Under the pieces are notes generated by a model that was given only the letters and a program-made list of their open reading frames with translations, was not told the origin of the DNA and ran no database searches. This document shows positions 12,202 through 24,374 of a DNA stretch of 64,000 bases, piece after piece; within the stretch, counting starts at the first letter, position 1; each line of letters opens with the position of its first letter. The stretch comes from Eledone cirrhosa (Eukaryota): positions 89,032,001-89,096,000 of the forward strand of contig OZ024747.1 of assembly GCA_964016885.1 (NCBI GenBank), given 5' to 3'. The translations under genes were made by a program, and so were the position numbers.

Positions 12202-12559
12202 TCAAAAAGGAATTACTTTGAATATAGATTTCGTTTCTCACTATAGTTTAAGCAATATTCTTCTCTTTTCTCAAACAAATGTTATATTTACTAAATTTAT
12301 CATAGAAACATTTATTTATAACTATGGCAATATTTTGATGATATATTTATATAACAACTACTCTGAAAATAAAAACTTTGTGCTTCTTCCCAAACTTAAA
12401 GATGCTGTAGATTCACAGAGAAAAAATATTTTAATAATAATAATGATTTCAAAACAATTTCTTCTTCTTCTTCTTCTTCTTTTTCTTCTCATTCTTCTTC
12501 TTATTATTATTATTCCCCTCCTCCTCCTTCCCCTCCTTCGTTATTTTTAGTTCTTTTTT

Positions 12560-13960
12560 CTTCCTTATTCCTTCGAGGGTCGTGGAAGTAGCGTCCTCCA
12601 GTGGGTCCTGTCAGAAACAACAGTCTCCAATTGGGTCTTCCTGGATCTTCTGCCAGTTAGTTTTGCTTGTAAAATCTGTCCAACAATTCTTTCTCAAGTC
12701 ATTCTAACCACATTATAGAAGCTATAATATCTCAATTCGGAGTAGTGGCTCTACCTGGAGTGACTATGATCTCCAGGCTATGCACACAATATTGAGTAGC
12801 TTTACTTCAAAGACCCTTTAGAGGAACCTCATTTTGGTTGTTTGATTGTATTCTTTTGGTCATTACCCAAGATTCATGACCATAGGTAAGGGTTGGCACG
12901 AATACCGAATTGAAGACAGCGAGTTGGCTTTTACACCTTCTGATTACTGAATGCTGAAGCTGGTGCATTACTGCACCAGCTCCTGCAATTTTTGCATTTA
13001 ATTCAGTTTCCTGCCTTCCATCACTCATGAAGATGGCCCTGGAATGCTTGAACACCAGCTTCTATGGAACTCTATTCCCATGTAGAGTGCACTATGCAGG
13101 ATTCCTTGTGATGGTGGGTATCTCAGTCTTCACAGCACTGCACAGCACTTGGCATCAAACCTGTCAAGTGGATGTTAAAGATCACCTTCTGATCAGTCAA
13201 GTAATACCATTTCATCCACAAATTCCAGCTGAAAGGATTTTCAATACCACTTCCAACTTGGCTGCACATGTCAATCCTGTATGAACAGGGGAGGTTCCTG
13301 TACATACCCTTGATGGCATCCGACACCTACATTGAATGGTTTTGACAGTACCATTTATCTGAACACAAATACTGGGACATTCATATAGAGACTTCAAGGC
13401 AACAAAAAGCTGTCCATTGATCCCATACTCCTGCAGAACTTTCCACAACAGGTCTCATAGAATACAGTCATATGCCTTTTCAAGGTCTACAAAACAAGAT
13501 TTCTCAAAGACCTGCTGCAGTGTAAATATTTGGTCAGCTGTGCTGCGTCCAGGGTGAAAAACATACTATTTGTCAGCTAGCTTGGACTCAACAATGTTCC
13601 TACATCTCTTTGCCAGACACTTAGCAGAGAATTTACTAGGAGACTTAACAAGGAGATCTCTCTATAATTGGAGCAATATCTTTTGTATCTATGGATGTCT
13701 TTGTGCTGAAAGAAGGTATTCATAATAGAGAGTCCATTACTAGATCAGAGGTCTAATAAGGCCTTTCCATTCATATTTAGATTGGGGTCGCCATTCGTTC
13801 CAATCACACCTTTCCATGTCAGGTAGATAGTGCCAACATGTGCATTGTAGTCTCCCATTAAGATATATGACTCAGTCTTAACTACATCTAACACTGCAGT
13901 GACTTCATCAAGGAAAAATCTGTATTAGGGCTCTCTGTTTGGAATATAAACTTGCACCAT
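12560..13960 (-). mobile_element. Decayed RTE LINE (endonuclease remnant, RT and 3' end)
   Basis: Minus translation FVDLEKAYD, LWKVLQEYGINGQL, VFVPTLTYGHESWVMTK; multiple indels. Confidence 0.9.
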
Positions 13961-14779
13961 CTAAGAGATTTAGTAATATAACTAACTTTCTGATTATTGA
14001 GTTGGAGTTTAGAACTTAAGTTAAGAAAAGGTTCTTACATGAAATTATAATAAAAGACTTAAATTCAAATATGAATAATTAAAAACAAATGGTTTTTAAT
14101 CATAGAACCAGGGACAGTTTAAGGTTGTCTGGTAACAAAGGGATGCCTACTAAACCAATCAAATATGACCATAGCTGGATTTGAACTCAAAACATAAAGA
14201 GCCATAACCAAATGCACAAGTTATTTTGTCTGATGCTCTAACAATTTTGCCAATCTAATGCCTTCATAATTGTCATCATCATCATTATCATAAAACAACA
14301 ACAAGAATTTCCCTGCTAAAGCAAGAGTTAGCTTTGTAGGTCCCATAACAAGCTTCATACTGAGGTCCTTTTCGAGACAATTTTTTTGGCTGGATGCTGC
14401 TGATAACATGTAAGGAAACCATCATCATCATCATCATTCTATGCTTGCTTTCCGTGCTGGCATAAGTTGGATAAGTTATCATGGTATAAGATAAAATGCT
14501 CATACATTTTATATTTGACCTTTTATCATGGCACCAGATTGAAAAGAGCTCGACCAGACTGAAAAGTCCTCTCTACCCCATATTGCTTAATACAGTGCAC
14601 TGGGTGCATTTTATTGTGGCACCAACACTAGAGAGGTTATCAAGTATTTGACAAGATCAGACGGTCCTCTCTATGTTGCCTTGGTCTGTTGACCCACTAC
14701 TTTATGGTGACTAAGAACTGGGTGTGTTTCATTGTGATACAGAGGTTGTCCTTCCCACTGCAGGCTAAAGAGACTCCAT

Positions 14780-15380
14780 ATAGTCTCAGCACCATGTAAC
14801 ATATGATGCCTGCCCTCTCTGTCAGCCTAACAATGATTCCACTACATCCCCTATACATCTACTGTCTACAGAAGGTAGATCATATGGTATTTCTACCTAA
14901 ACCTTTGTGGCATACTGAACATGGCCATATTTCTGATGGTAGCAGATTTCTATTCTTTTTCCAGCTTTACTAGCTTTACTTTGATACCCTTTTATTATAG
15001 ATTCTGTTCCCATGTTTGGAACTTTTTCTCGAATTCTTCTGCAATTTCTGCTATGAGTGCTAGAGCACCAGCATACAAGAGTTCCCAAGAATAGCCAGTC
15101 TAGAATATGTCTGTTATGGCCAGGAGGATTACGATAAACAGGAGGAGGTAAGCCTTGGTGGACTCCAGTCCATATACTAAATTCATCACTGTACTCATTG
15201 TAAACCCTCACCTTATTGACTGCATCCCTGCACATAGCTTGTATAGTCCTTACACATTCATTTTCCCTAACTTCATAAGTACTCAGCAGAGCATGGGATT
15301 CTGTCAAAAGCCTTTTTCCAGGTGAACAAACGTGAAGTATAGGGGCTTATTCTTAACTTAATTCTTCTACTGCAATGGCC
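14780..15380 (-). mobile_element. RTE LINE RT fragment
   Basis: FVHLEKAFDR-like motif and VRTIQAMCRDAVNKVRVYNEYSDEFSIWTGVHQG. Confidence 0.85.
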
Positions 15381-15434
15381 TCACAAGATACCTTGAAAGC
15401 TGGCATCAGTAGTGAGACAGCAAATATGTGGTGA

Positions 15435-15467
<33 letters not shown>

Positions 15468-15649
15468 CAGTAGTATTAGTAGTAGTAGTGGCAGTAGTAG
15501 TAATAGAAACAGTAACATTTCTTTGGGGGAGGGAGGAGGGGCGATTGGTTCAAAAGCCACAAATTTCAGAAAGAAATACAATGTTTGAATGTTCATACTT
15601 TCTCAAGTTGGGTGAAATGACAGATAAAAAAAAAAGGCAAAAAGTGTGT

Positions 15650-15836
15650 AGATATGTATAAATGTATGTGTGTGTGTGTGCGCGCGTATGTATGCGTGTG
15701 TGTGTATGTATACATGTGTGTGTATGTATGCATGTGTGTGTATGTATGCATGTGTGTGTGTGTGTGTATACATGTGTGTGTGTATGTATGCATGTGTGTG
15801 TATGTATGCATGTGTGTGTGTGTGTGTGTGTGTGTG
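15650..15836. repeat. Compound (GT)/(GTAT) microsatellite
   Basis: Direct inspection. Confidence 0.95.
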
Positions 15837-16139
15837 CATCTTGTATTTATTGGCTTAACACTTTTGTTAACATACTTCTAATGGAAAATATTTTCAATAA
15901 TTTTCAAATATTTTTTTTTAAATAATCATTAATTTAAAGAGATCTAATAAAATAAATTTCTTATTTATTAAACTGGTCTTTGAAACATAACTTCACAGAG
16001 TATGTTACATTAAATTATGATGGAATGTTTTTAAGTAAATATAAACACTTTCAAAAAACACCTTTGTATTATAGAACCAAAGTTAGTTTCAGGTGGTTTG
16101 GTATCAAAAGAATTATTATCATGAGGATCATTAGCATCA

Positions 16140-16390
16140 TTAGCAATATCCCACATTGTCTACTATGAGGGATACTTGGAAATAACCTTGTACAATATAT
16201 AGGAAGAGATTTAGTAGGAACTCAATGCCAACAATTGGTACACAACACAAATGGTGCATTGGAATCTTTGGCAGTCTGACAAAGAACCAGAAGTTTAGAT
16301 GTATTATATGTTTGGTAGTAGTTAGCAGTAAGACCACTTTTGAAATAAAGACTACATACTGCACATATGGCTCTCTATAAGTAGTAGAGA
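16140..16390 (+). mobile_element. Possible 3' end of an R4/Dong-like REL non-LTR element
   Basis: Degenerate GALE (cf. IGALG) and TAHM (cf. GTAHIL) motifs; heavily decayed. Confidence 0.35.
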
Positions 16391-17749
16391 GTTAGAATTA
16401 GTTTCTACTACTTTCTGTAATAATTAATGTTAAATCTAGTTGTAGCAAAAATATAGAAACTCAGATGAGAAAGGGATGGAAGCTGTTATCTTTCTTGGCA
16501 GCATGTTTCTCTTTCTCTTTGCAAAAAAAAAGGTAGACTGTATTATGCATGTGTAAGATATATGATGCTGAAGGTGTATGTGAATTATTTCAATCTTAAC
16601 TTACATGAAAGGTGAAGCATAAGTAAGGTCTGATCAGAAAAAAAAAATTCATGTTTGAAAAAGTGTTATATGCTGTCAGTGGAAATTTCCAGAGCTAACA
16701 AAGTCTGGAAGAAGTATTGAGGTAAAAAAAAACATTTTTAGACAATTTTAGATAACATCTATTAGTTACATATCAATGCTGTATCATGAGATCTATGACT
16801 TAGCTTCTTTCCTGGGCTTCACATTTATATAACTATATATAAATATATATGTGTGTGTGTGTGTGTGTATGAGGATGAGTGTGTGTGTGTGTATGAGGAT
16901 GTATGTGAATGTGAGGATGTGTGTGTGTGTAATAATATAAGAAATACTTTTTAGTCTTGTGAAATAATACATAGCAACCTCACTAGTTCTGGTGTGCCAA
17001 CAAAATGTATTCAGTGTATTATGTAAAGTGGTTAACAATCAAACAGAGAAAATAGAGGGTTCATGGGGTCCTTTAGTCTTGCAGAGGATATAAGAAACTC
17101 TTTAGTGTTGGTGCCATTATAAAATGCACTTGATGTACTCTATAAAATGGAATGGCATCCAGTCAAAGAAACCATGCCAAAAATGGAATGTGAGAGTTAG
17201 ACATGGTCCTCTGGTCTTTCTTGGGAGCTTGTAATTCTGAATAAAAATGGAAAGCAGACATAAAATGATGATGATGATAACAGCTTTGGCTTTATTATAT
17301 ATAAACTACATAATATGACAGCTGCAGCTTGATAACATCTGTCTTCCCAATATGGTGGCCATTGCAGTCTGGTTATGTATGCTAGGTTGGGGTAGATGGG
17401 TGGTCCTTGTTTGATTTGCCAAATTTGGAGGGTGCATATGTTTTGGTTTGACAGAAGTCATGAGTACAGACTGGCATTCAGTTTTGAGGGTTTGTGGACT
17501 GATTGGAGCAATAATGGTCTTATTTATGTGTGTGTGTATATATATATATATATATGTATAATTTCTCAGAAGAGATGTAATTATTACATCCAGCAATGCA
17601 GTCAGCAGTAATTTTTCGTGCATTTATAATCTCCAATTTAGACTGTAGCAAGCACATATAATTGTAGTGAATTACATGTCAGAATTATTAATAAATGAAA
17701 TATTAAATATCAATGTCTCAGCCTCTATGATTTTCCCACAACCTCTAAT

Positions 17750-18400
17750 CAAAATATATAAGGCAAAGTACCCAGCAAGGTAGGAGGTAACATGATGGTG
17801 GCACAATACTGTTGATAGAACCATGTATAGAGATGCTACTAGCAAGATGGGAGTTAGCAATGAGTATAGTGACAAAATTAACATGCAGGTATGGGTCACT
17901 GAAACTTCAGTTCTTAGCCCTCTTCTGTTTAATTTAATCCTTCAGGTTACATACAACATAGGAATTAAAGATAGGATATCTGTGAGAACTCCTATATACT
18001 GATGTCCTAGTACTGAGAGCTGCATCTCTGGTAGATTTTAGTGAAGAAATTACAGATATTCAAGAAAAACCTTGAATCAAAATGCCTCAAAGTAAACTTA
18101 ACAAAGACTAAAGTTTTAGTAAATAGTAAAGAAGACAGAACTCTGACATCACCAGGAAAATGGTCATGCTCAAGATATAAAAATGGTGTATTCAGTATAA
18201 ACTATTGAGTCACAAGAGATTTAGTGAGATTGCAGGCAGGCTGAGACAGAAGCTCAACATCATTTCCTGCAGATGTAGATGAGCAATATGTCTAAGAGTG
18301 CACATGAAATACATTTTGTCAATTGCCCATGAGTCTCCTAGAAGTTGTTACTTAGGTAACCTAATTAGCAGTTGAGGTGCTAATTACACAGCATGGAAAC
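17750..18400 (+). mobile_element. RTE LINE RT fragment
   Basis: SVLSPLLF and LLYTDVLVL (YADD region) motifs. Confidence 0.8.
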
Positions 18401-18514
18401 TGTTTAATGAAGAGGAATGCTATATGTAATATATTTACAATTAAAGTATAGGATGGTGTTAGAAAAGGTATCCAGCCTTAGAAATACTGCCTTATATAAT
18501 CATCATCATCATTC

Positions 18515-18780
18515 TCATCTCCATTTTATGCCTGCTTTTCCATGCTTACATGGGTTGGACAATCCCTTTCCAACACAGTATCCCTCCATTTATTGCATAC
18601 CTTCATCATCTCCACTGTCAGCCTCAACAATTTAAGATCAGCTCTCACCACCTCTGCCCAGATCTTCTTTGGTTTCCATCTACTGGAGCTTCCTGGCACT
18701 TCTTCACCCAATGATCATCATCCTATGCATCACATGTCCATATCAGCATAGTCTTCTCTCTTGCACTCTACATTTGATTC
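18515..18780 (-). mobile_element. RTE LINE 3' end
   Basis: GSSSRWKPKKIWAEVVRADLK and tail CCAACCCATGTAAGCATGGAAAA. Confidence 0.85.
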
Positions 18781-18850
18781 GTTATATATACATATATATA
18801 TGTGAATTTGTTTTGCAAGGTTTTTTTTATGAAATTGAGTGTTGAAACAA

Positions 18851-18992
18851 ATATTGTTATATTTGGGGAGGGTCATATTGTTATAATATTGCCAGAAATA
18901 ATAATAAAACCAAATAAACCAAACAGTGAGTGTGTTTTATTATTATTTCTGGCAATATTATAACAATATGACCCTCCTAAATATAACAATAT
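18851..18992. repeat. Inverted repeat with ~60-bp arms (18851-18910 / 18934-18992) and a 23-nt loop
   Basis: ATATTGTTATATTTGGGGAGGGTCATATTG...AATAAAAC versus its reverse complement with about two differences. Confidence 0.95.
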
Positions 18993-19230
18993 ATATATAT
19001 ATATATACGGGGTAACAAATAATAGTTATATCCAGTCCCCTTAGGTGTAGTCCAGTTAGGGTATTCCGGGTAGTGGATGATATCAACGCTAGGCTTGGTT
19101 TGACTCAACAAGGCGTATTCATAATGATGTTGCGAGTATGCTGTAATTCCTATGTTGTAAACACTTGGAGTAATAATAAATCAGGAAAGAAGATTGACAT
19201 GGTTTGCAATACAAAAAAGGTTTTTAATCT

Positions 19231-19343
19231 CATTGCTGACAATTGTTTCTCTGAACTGGTAGGTCTAGAGATCGCTATTCACTTGTTTTCACGTTACTCG
19301 ATCGCCAATACAAAATTATAACCAGTCAGTTCTTCGGAGCATG
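19231..19343 (-). ncRNA. Degenerate type I hammerhead ribozyme
   Basis: Minus: CAUGCU-CCGAAGA-ACUGACUGGU...ACCAGUUCAGA-GAAAC-AAUU-GUC-AGCAAUG. Stems I, II and III all pair; the core has U4->C and an A/A mismatch at 10.1/11.1. Confidence 0.55.
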
Positions 19344-19359
19344 CGAGAATATATATACA

Positions 19360-19460
<101 letters not shown>

Positions 19461-19487
19461 ATATATATATGTGTGTATATATATATA

Positions 19488-19531
<44 letters not shown>

Positions 19532-19667
19532 TAGTTCCACAACAAACCATGCTTGAGATATGGTTTGCTAATTTGTTGTGGAACTAACTTTATACCGAAC
19601 TCATCCTATGGACTGAGTGCTTTACTTACTATGAATATAACCTCCCAGTGTTTTACCACTATGCATG

Positions 19668-19698
<31 letters not shown>

Positions 19699-19802
19699 TC
19701 ATTTATTATGGCAAGTACTGAGTCTTGTTACTCTGGAGTTTCATCTGCGCACTCACTGATGATCCTGGTGAAACACCAATTACAAGACTCACAACTACAA
19801 AC

Positions 19803-19855
<53 letters not shown>

Positions 19856-21234
19856 TACATTTAAACACAGCTAACATATCTGCTATTAACTAAATGTGTG
19901 CACTCTGAACAGTTGATTGCAGCTGCATTACTGCAATTCACCAGATTCATTGAGTAAGCTACACACTGGCCAGGGGACGCTGAATTTATATCACCAATCT
20001 TCGTTACTTTTATTATTTTATTATATATATAATCCTTTATTTGTGTGGTTATCTGTTTCTTCATTAAAATGATATATGTGTGTGTGTGTTAGAGGTAAAA
20101 ATGTTTACATTTGTCTTGTTTATACTCATGTAATTAGAGTTTTCTAACTTAGTTTTAACATATAATATTCTTTCTCTGAGAGATTTCTTTCATTGAGATA
20201 TTTTGGTATGAGAGACTAATTAACCTTTAATATATATAGATTATCTATGGTAATATATAAGAAAACTTTATTAAATAATCTTTTACTTGCGTAATTTCCT
20301 GTTTCTTCATTAAAATGCTGTTAAAATTTGAAAAATATAATAAACTTCCTTTTAATTTAAATTGAATACACGACTATATATAAAAAAAAGAAAAAATTAG
20401 AAAAGAAACCTACTGCTGTAAGTTGCTGTAGATTTGCCAAATAAAAGGTATTTATCAAAGGACAAAGAAAAGAAACTTGAGGCAATTGCTACTTTTGGCA
20501 CAACTATTGCTTCATTATCTGCTGAAATCTGCATTCCAAGAAGCAAGAAGAAAAGTGTAATATCTCTTGTTGAAAATTCACCTGACATGTAAAAACTAAT
20601 AAAAAGTATGGACAAACTGATGACTAGTAAGACAATGTGTTGAAAAAATTATGGTTGGTACATGCAGTTACTTTTATTCATTTATTTTTCATTTTATTTT
20701 ATTTTTTTATTTTTTCCTGCGTGAATTTATCTGGCTAAGACCATCATGATATCAGCAAATAAATCAAGTTGAACCTACTTTCAGATATCATTTATTGATT
20801 GTTAATAAATATTCTCGAAAGCATCCTGGACTGGTTGTAAATTCCCTCTGAAGTATAGTCTCCAATACAATATCAATTCCCAGATAGAAGTGTTTTATTT
20901 CACTTTGATTAATACTGCCCAAAGATAATACATAAACAAGACAACTTAACATCCCACTACTTCTGAAACTGAACTAATCAGAGTTATCACATTTACTGTA
21001 CTAGTACAAGCCGTGTGACGCTAAACATAAATATAGCTAGAGTTTGTAAACTGCATTGGAGTTTGGAGACTGCAGTAGGTAAGACAGCCTGTCTAGTAAA
21101 GGTCTCATCATGGAGTACACTCAGTACTTCCTCTCTAGAAAGTAGTGATAAGCAAACCAAAACTATATAGAATGGTGAGGACACTTTTGTTCTGTCAAAG
21201 ACTCGGAAATCTTTCTAGTGCAACAGCCACAATC

Positions 21235-21495
21235 AAATGCATGGCCTAGTGGTAAGGGTGTTGGACTTACAATCATAATGTTGTGGGTTCGATTTCTGGG
21301 CTGGGTTACGTGTTATGTTCTTGAGCAAAACACTTCATTTTATGTTGCTCCAGTATACTTAGCTGAAAATAAATACCTGTAATAGCTGGGAGTTTCACCC
21401 TGCGATGGACTGGTGTCCTGTCCAGGGGGGATTCTTGTACTCTCAGTTGCTTCACACCATGAAACCGGGATAAGCACCGACCTTATGAGCCTTAA
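21235..21495 (+). mobile_element. CORE/Meta-like tRNA SINE
   Basis: TGGCCTAGTGGTAAGG ... GGGTTCGATTTC ... TTCTTGAGCAAAACACTT. Confidence 0.75.
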
Positions 21496-21669
21496 GACAG
21501 ACATGCTATAAGGTGTTTGGTATTAGGAAGGGTATCCAGTCATAGAAACCATGCCCAAATATGGAATGTATGAGTAAGATATGGTTCTCTAACCAATCTA
21601 CTCTTGGACTGTGACAACCTGTTCAACTCATGTCAACATGGAAAACTTATAACAACAACAATAATGATT

Positions 21670-21960
21670 TCTTATATAGGCACAAGGCCAAAAGTTTTTG
21701 TGGTAGGGGAAAGTCAATTAAATCAACCCTGTGCATTACTGGTACTTTATTTCATAATAATAAGGGTGGTAGATTGGCAGTATTGTTAGAGCGTCAGACA
21801 TTATGCTTTGTGGCATAGGGTTACGTCCTTTTGCCCTCTGAGTTCAAATCCTGCCGAGGTTAGCTTTGCCTTTCATCCTTACGGGGTAATTAAAATAAAG
21901 TACCAGTAATGCGCTGAGGTAATTGCTGGCCTTGTGCCAAAAGTAGAAACAATTATTATT
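21670..21960. mobile_element. Deu/Nin-like SINEs: partial minus copy (21670-21755) and full plus copy (21766-21960)
   Basis: Match to the SINE copies at 96-695. Confidence 0.85.
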
Positions 21961-23974
21961 TTTATTATTGTTACTGTTAGACCTACCATCACTACTACTA
22001 TCAGCTTGAGCTAATGAGAGAGTCTCAATGTGGTCGTCCTACTGTCTGTGCTAGAAATACCTGATGAAAATTTCCGGTCTGAGAATGGAACTCACAACTT
22101 CACGATTGTAAGCCCGATGCTCTAACCACTAAGCCATGTGCCTTCACTTGGATACATTAAATTTGAATAAAAAACAAGATAGCCTTGGCTTGAATACCTT
22201 TGATCATAAGTCTGCTCAGTTATAGCTCATTTGGGCCAAAACAACAACTAATGATGCTATAATTATTAACTCCATATATCATTAAAGAGTAGGTCTTTGA
22301 ATTCAATGGTGCCATATTCTGCTCAAAAACATTTGCTAATTTCTTTTAAGCTTTCAATTTTTTTTCTTCTTTTTGCTTATGATGGGTCAATTTTTTCCTG
22401 GCAAAGTCATTGAATATTGATAGAGAAGATAACAAAAAAGTGAATGAATAAATAGAGATTTTCCTCTCCACATGAATATAAAGATGCTTTAATGGAGAGG
22501 TATTAACCCTTTTGATACTAAACTGCCTGAAACCAACCCTCTAAGAATAAACACCTGTTTATATATTTATTTATTTAATCAATTTAAACATCTTGATAGA
22601 GCTAGTAAGCCATGACAGACTCGGGAAGTTTTGAGTATTCCTTACAGTTGGTAACCAAAAGAGCTAGTGAGACAAGTAATAAAAAAAAAATTAAAAAGGG
22701 GGAAAAAAAAGCCAAAATCAAAATAAAGTAAAAATAAAAATTTCGAATATTGTAGGCCAATGGGAAGCAGATTATGCTTTAAAAAAAAAAACGAAAAAGA
22801 AAGGGAAAATAGGAAACAAGGGAAGCTGTAAAACATCTAGAAGTTTCTGTTGAACCTTTCCATAGCTTCCATGTACTCAAATAACTTTAACTATATATTG
22901 AACTTCCAACCTTAGTAGCTTTTTAAAGATTGGTTTCAATATGGCCTCTCTGTCTCTCAGTATTTATATTAATCTAAAAACCTCCCATCATAATTTGTTT
23001 TGTTAAGTTATGTACCTAGTAAACCTGAAACCCATTAATCCAGTGGGATTGAATCCCATATGGAAACATGGAATCTACAGCAATGTGTATTCATACTACT
23101 GATGTATATAGAACATATTACTTTGTTTAAAATGTAAATATGAACAATAATAAATGTTTGACATTTATTTTCAAAGCTGACAAGAGTTTAAATGAGTGTG
23201 CCCCCTCCCCCAGCACATCACCCTACTTTAGTGTAAAGGGCCACACCCTTATGTAAGTAAACCATGAAATATATAACAGCCAATCATGAATGGGCTATTA
23301 ATATGCTCAGTACAAATGACTGTCTAATTGTTCTGGAAGAGTTTTTTTCTGGTTCCTGTTCTTTGTTTTAACTAAAATCATTTTGCATGCACGGTAAGTA
23401 AAAAGGAGGTAGATTGTTATTTTATATGTGTCAGATCTGTCTTAACAGCATTAGGGACTCACCACCACCACCACTGCCACCTCTACTAATGTCACCACTG
23501 TTACCACCTCGACAATTACCATCACTACCGCCACCATATATTACAACTGAGTACACTATATTACTTTTTTACATTAACATATAAAAGACCAAACCTATAC
23601 ATTATAATCTTCTCCAATATCAATCTCACCCCATTCAAATTGTTATGGTTAGTTCAGTTTGCCAAAATCACCTTAGAATATATAAACTCACAAATCTACT
23701 CACGCATATTTAATTTAGATTTTCACATTAATTTTAAAGTTATTCTTTATCCTTAATATAACCCTAATTCATTAAAGTAAAACCAGAAAATATGGTTTAA
23801 AATTGAATATTTGTCAAGGCATAGCTTAAATATTTCAGTAATGTTGTAGCAACTTGGTTTATGTGTAGTTCCAATACTCAGGAATGTGGAATATTATCAA
23901 ATGCTTTTCAGTAACCAATGCAGGCCATGTTGAGGTTTATTTTCCTCTTTACTGTCTTCTATAATTATATGATT

Positions 23975-24340
23975 CACCCGTAGTTGCTCTTTACAGCCAT
24001 GAATTTATTTCCAGCACCCTTTTGGTTCTTTTGGTAATGTGTTGTTATTTTCCAAGTATGTAACAAGCCTGTTAAGTTGGTTGATTTGGCAGAGTTATAA
24101 GAGCATTGGATATTTGTTCTGGGTCTCTGTATTGTTAGTTCAAATACTAATGAAGTCTGAAGAAAGTAGCAGCCCAATATTTATGCAGCTTACTTTCTCC
24201 AGCTTTCACATTGTTGATGTTTCCCTTGAGGAGCTATCATGGTCAACCTCTCTTTCCTTATGAACCATAGAGCATTTTTATCGTGTTCTCTTTGCTTCAT
24301 ATTCTCTCCCAGTATGTTAAAATTGCTGTTGATGTTGGTG
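23975..24340 (-). mobile_element. R4/Dong-like non-LTR retrotransposon RT fragment
   Basis: Minus translation YLENNNTLPKEPKGCWK*IHGCKEQL resembles the LPEEQKGC...GCKEQL motif of R4/Dong RTs. Confidence 0.7.
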
Positions 24341-24374
24341 TATCTTCTAGTATTATTATTAATATGTTTATACA

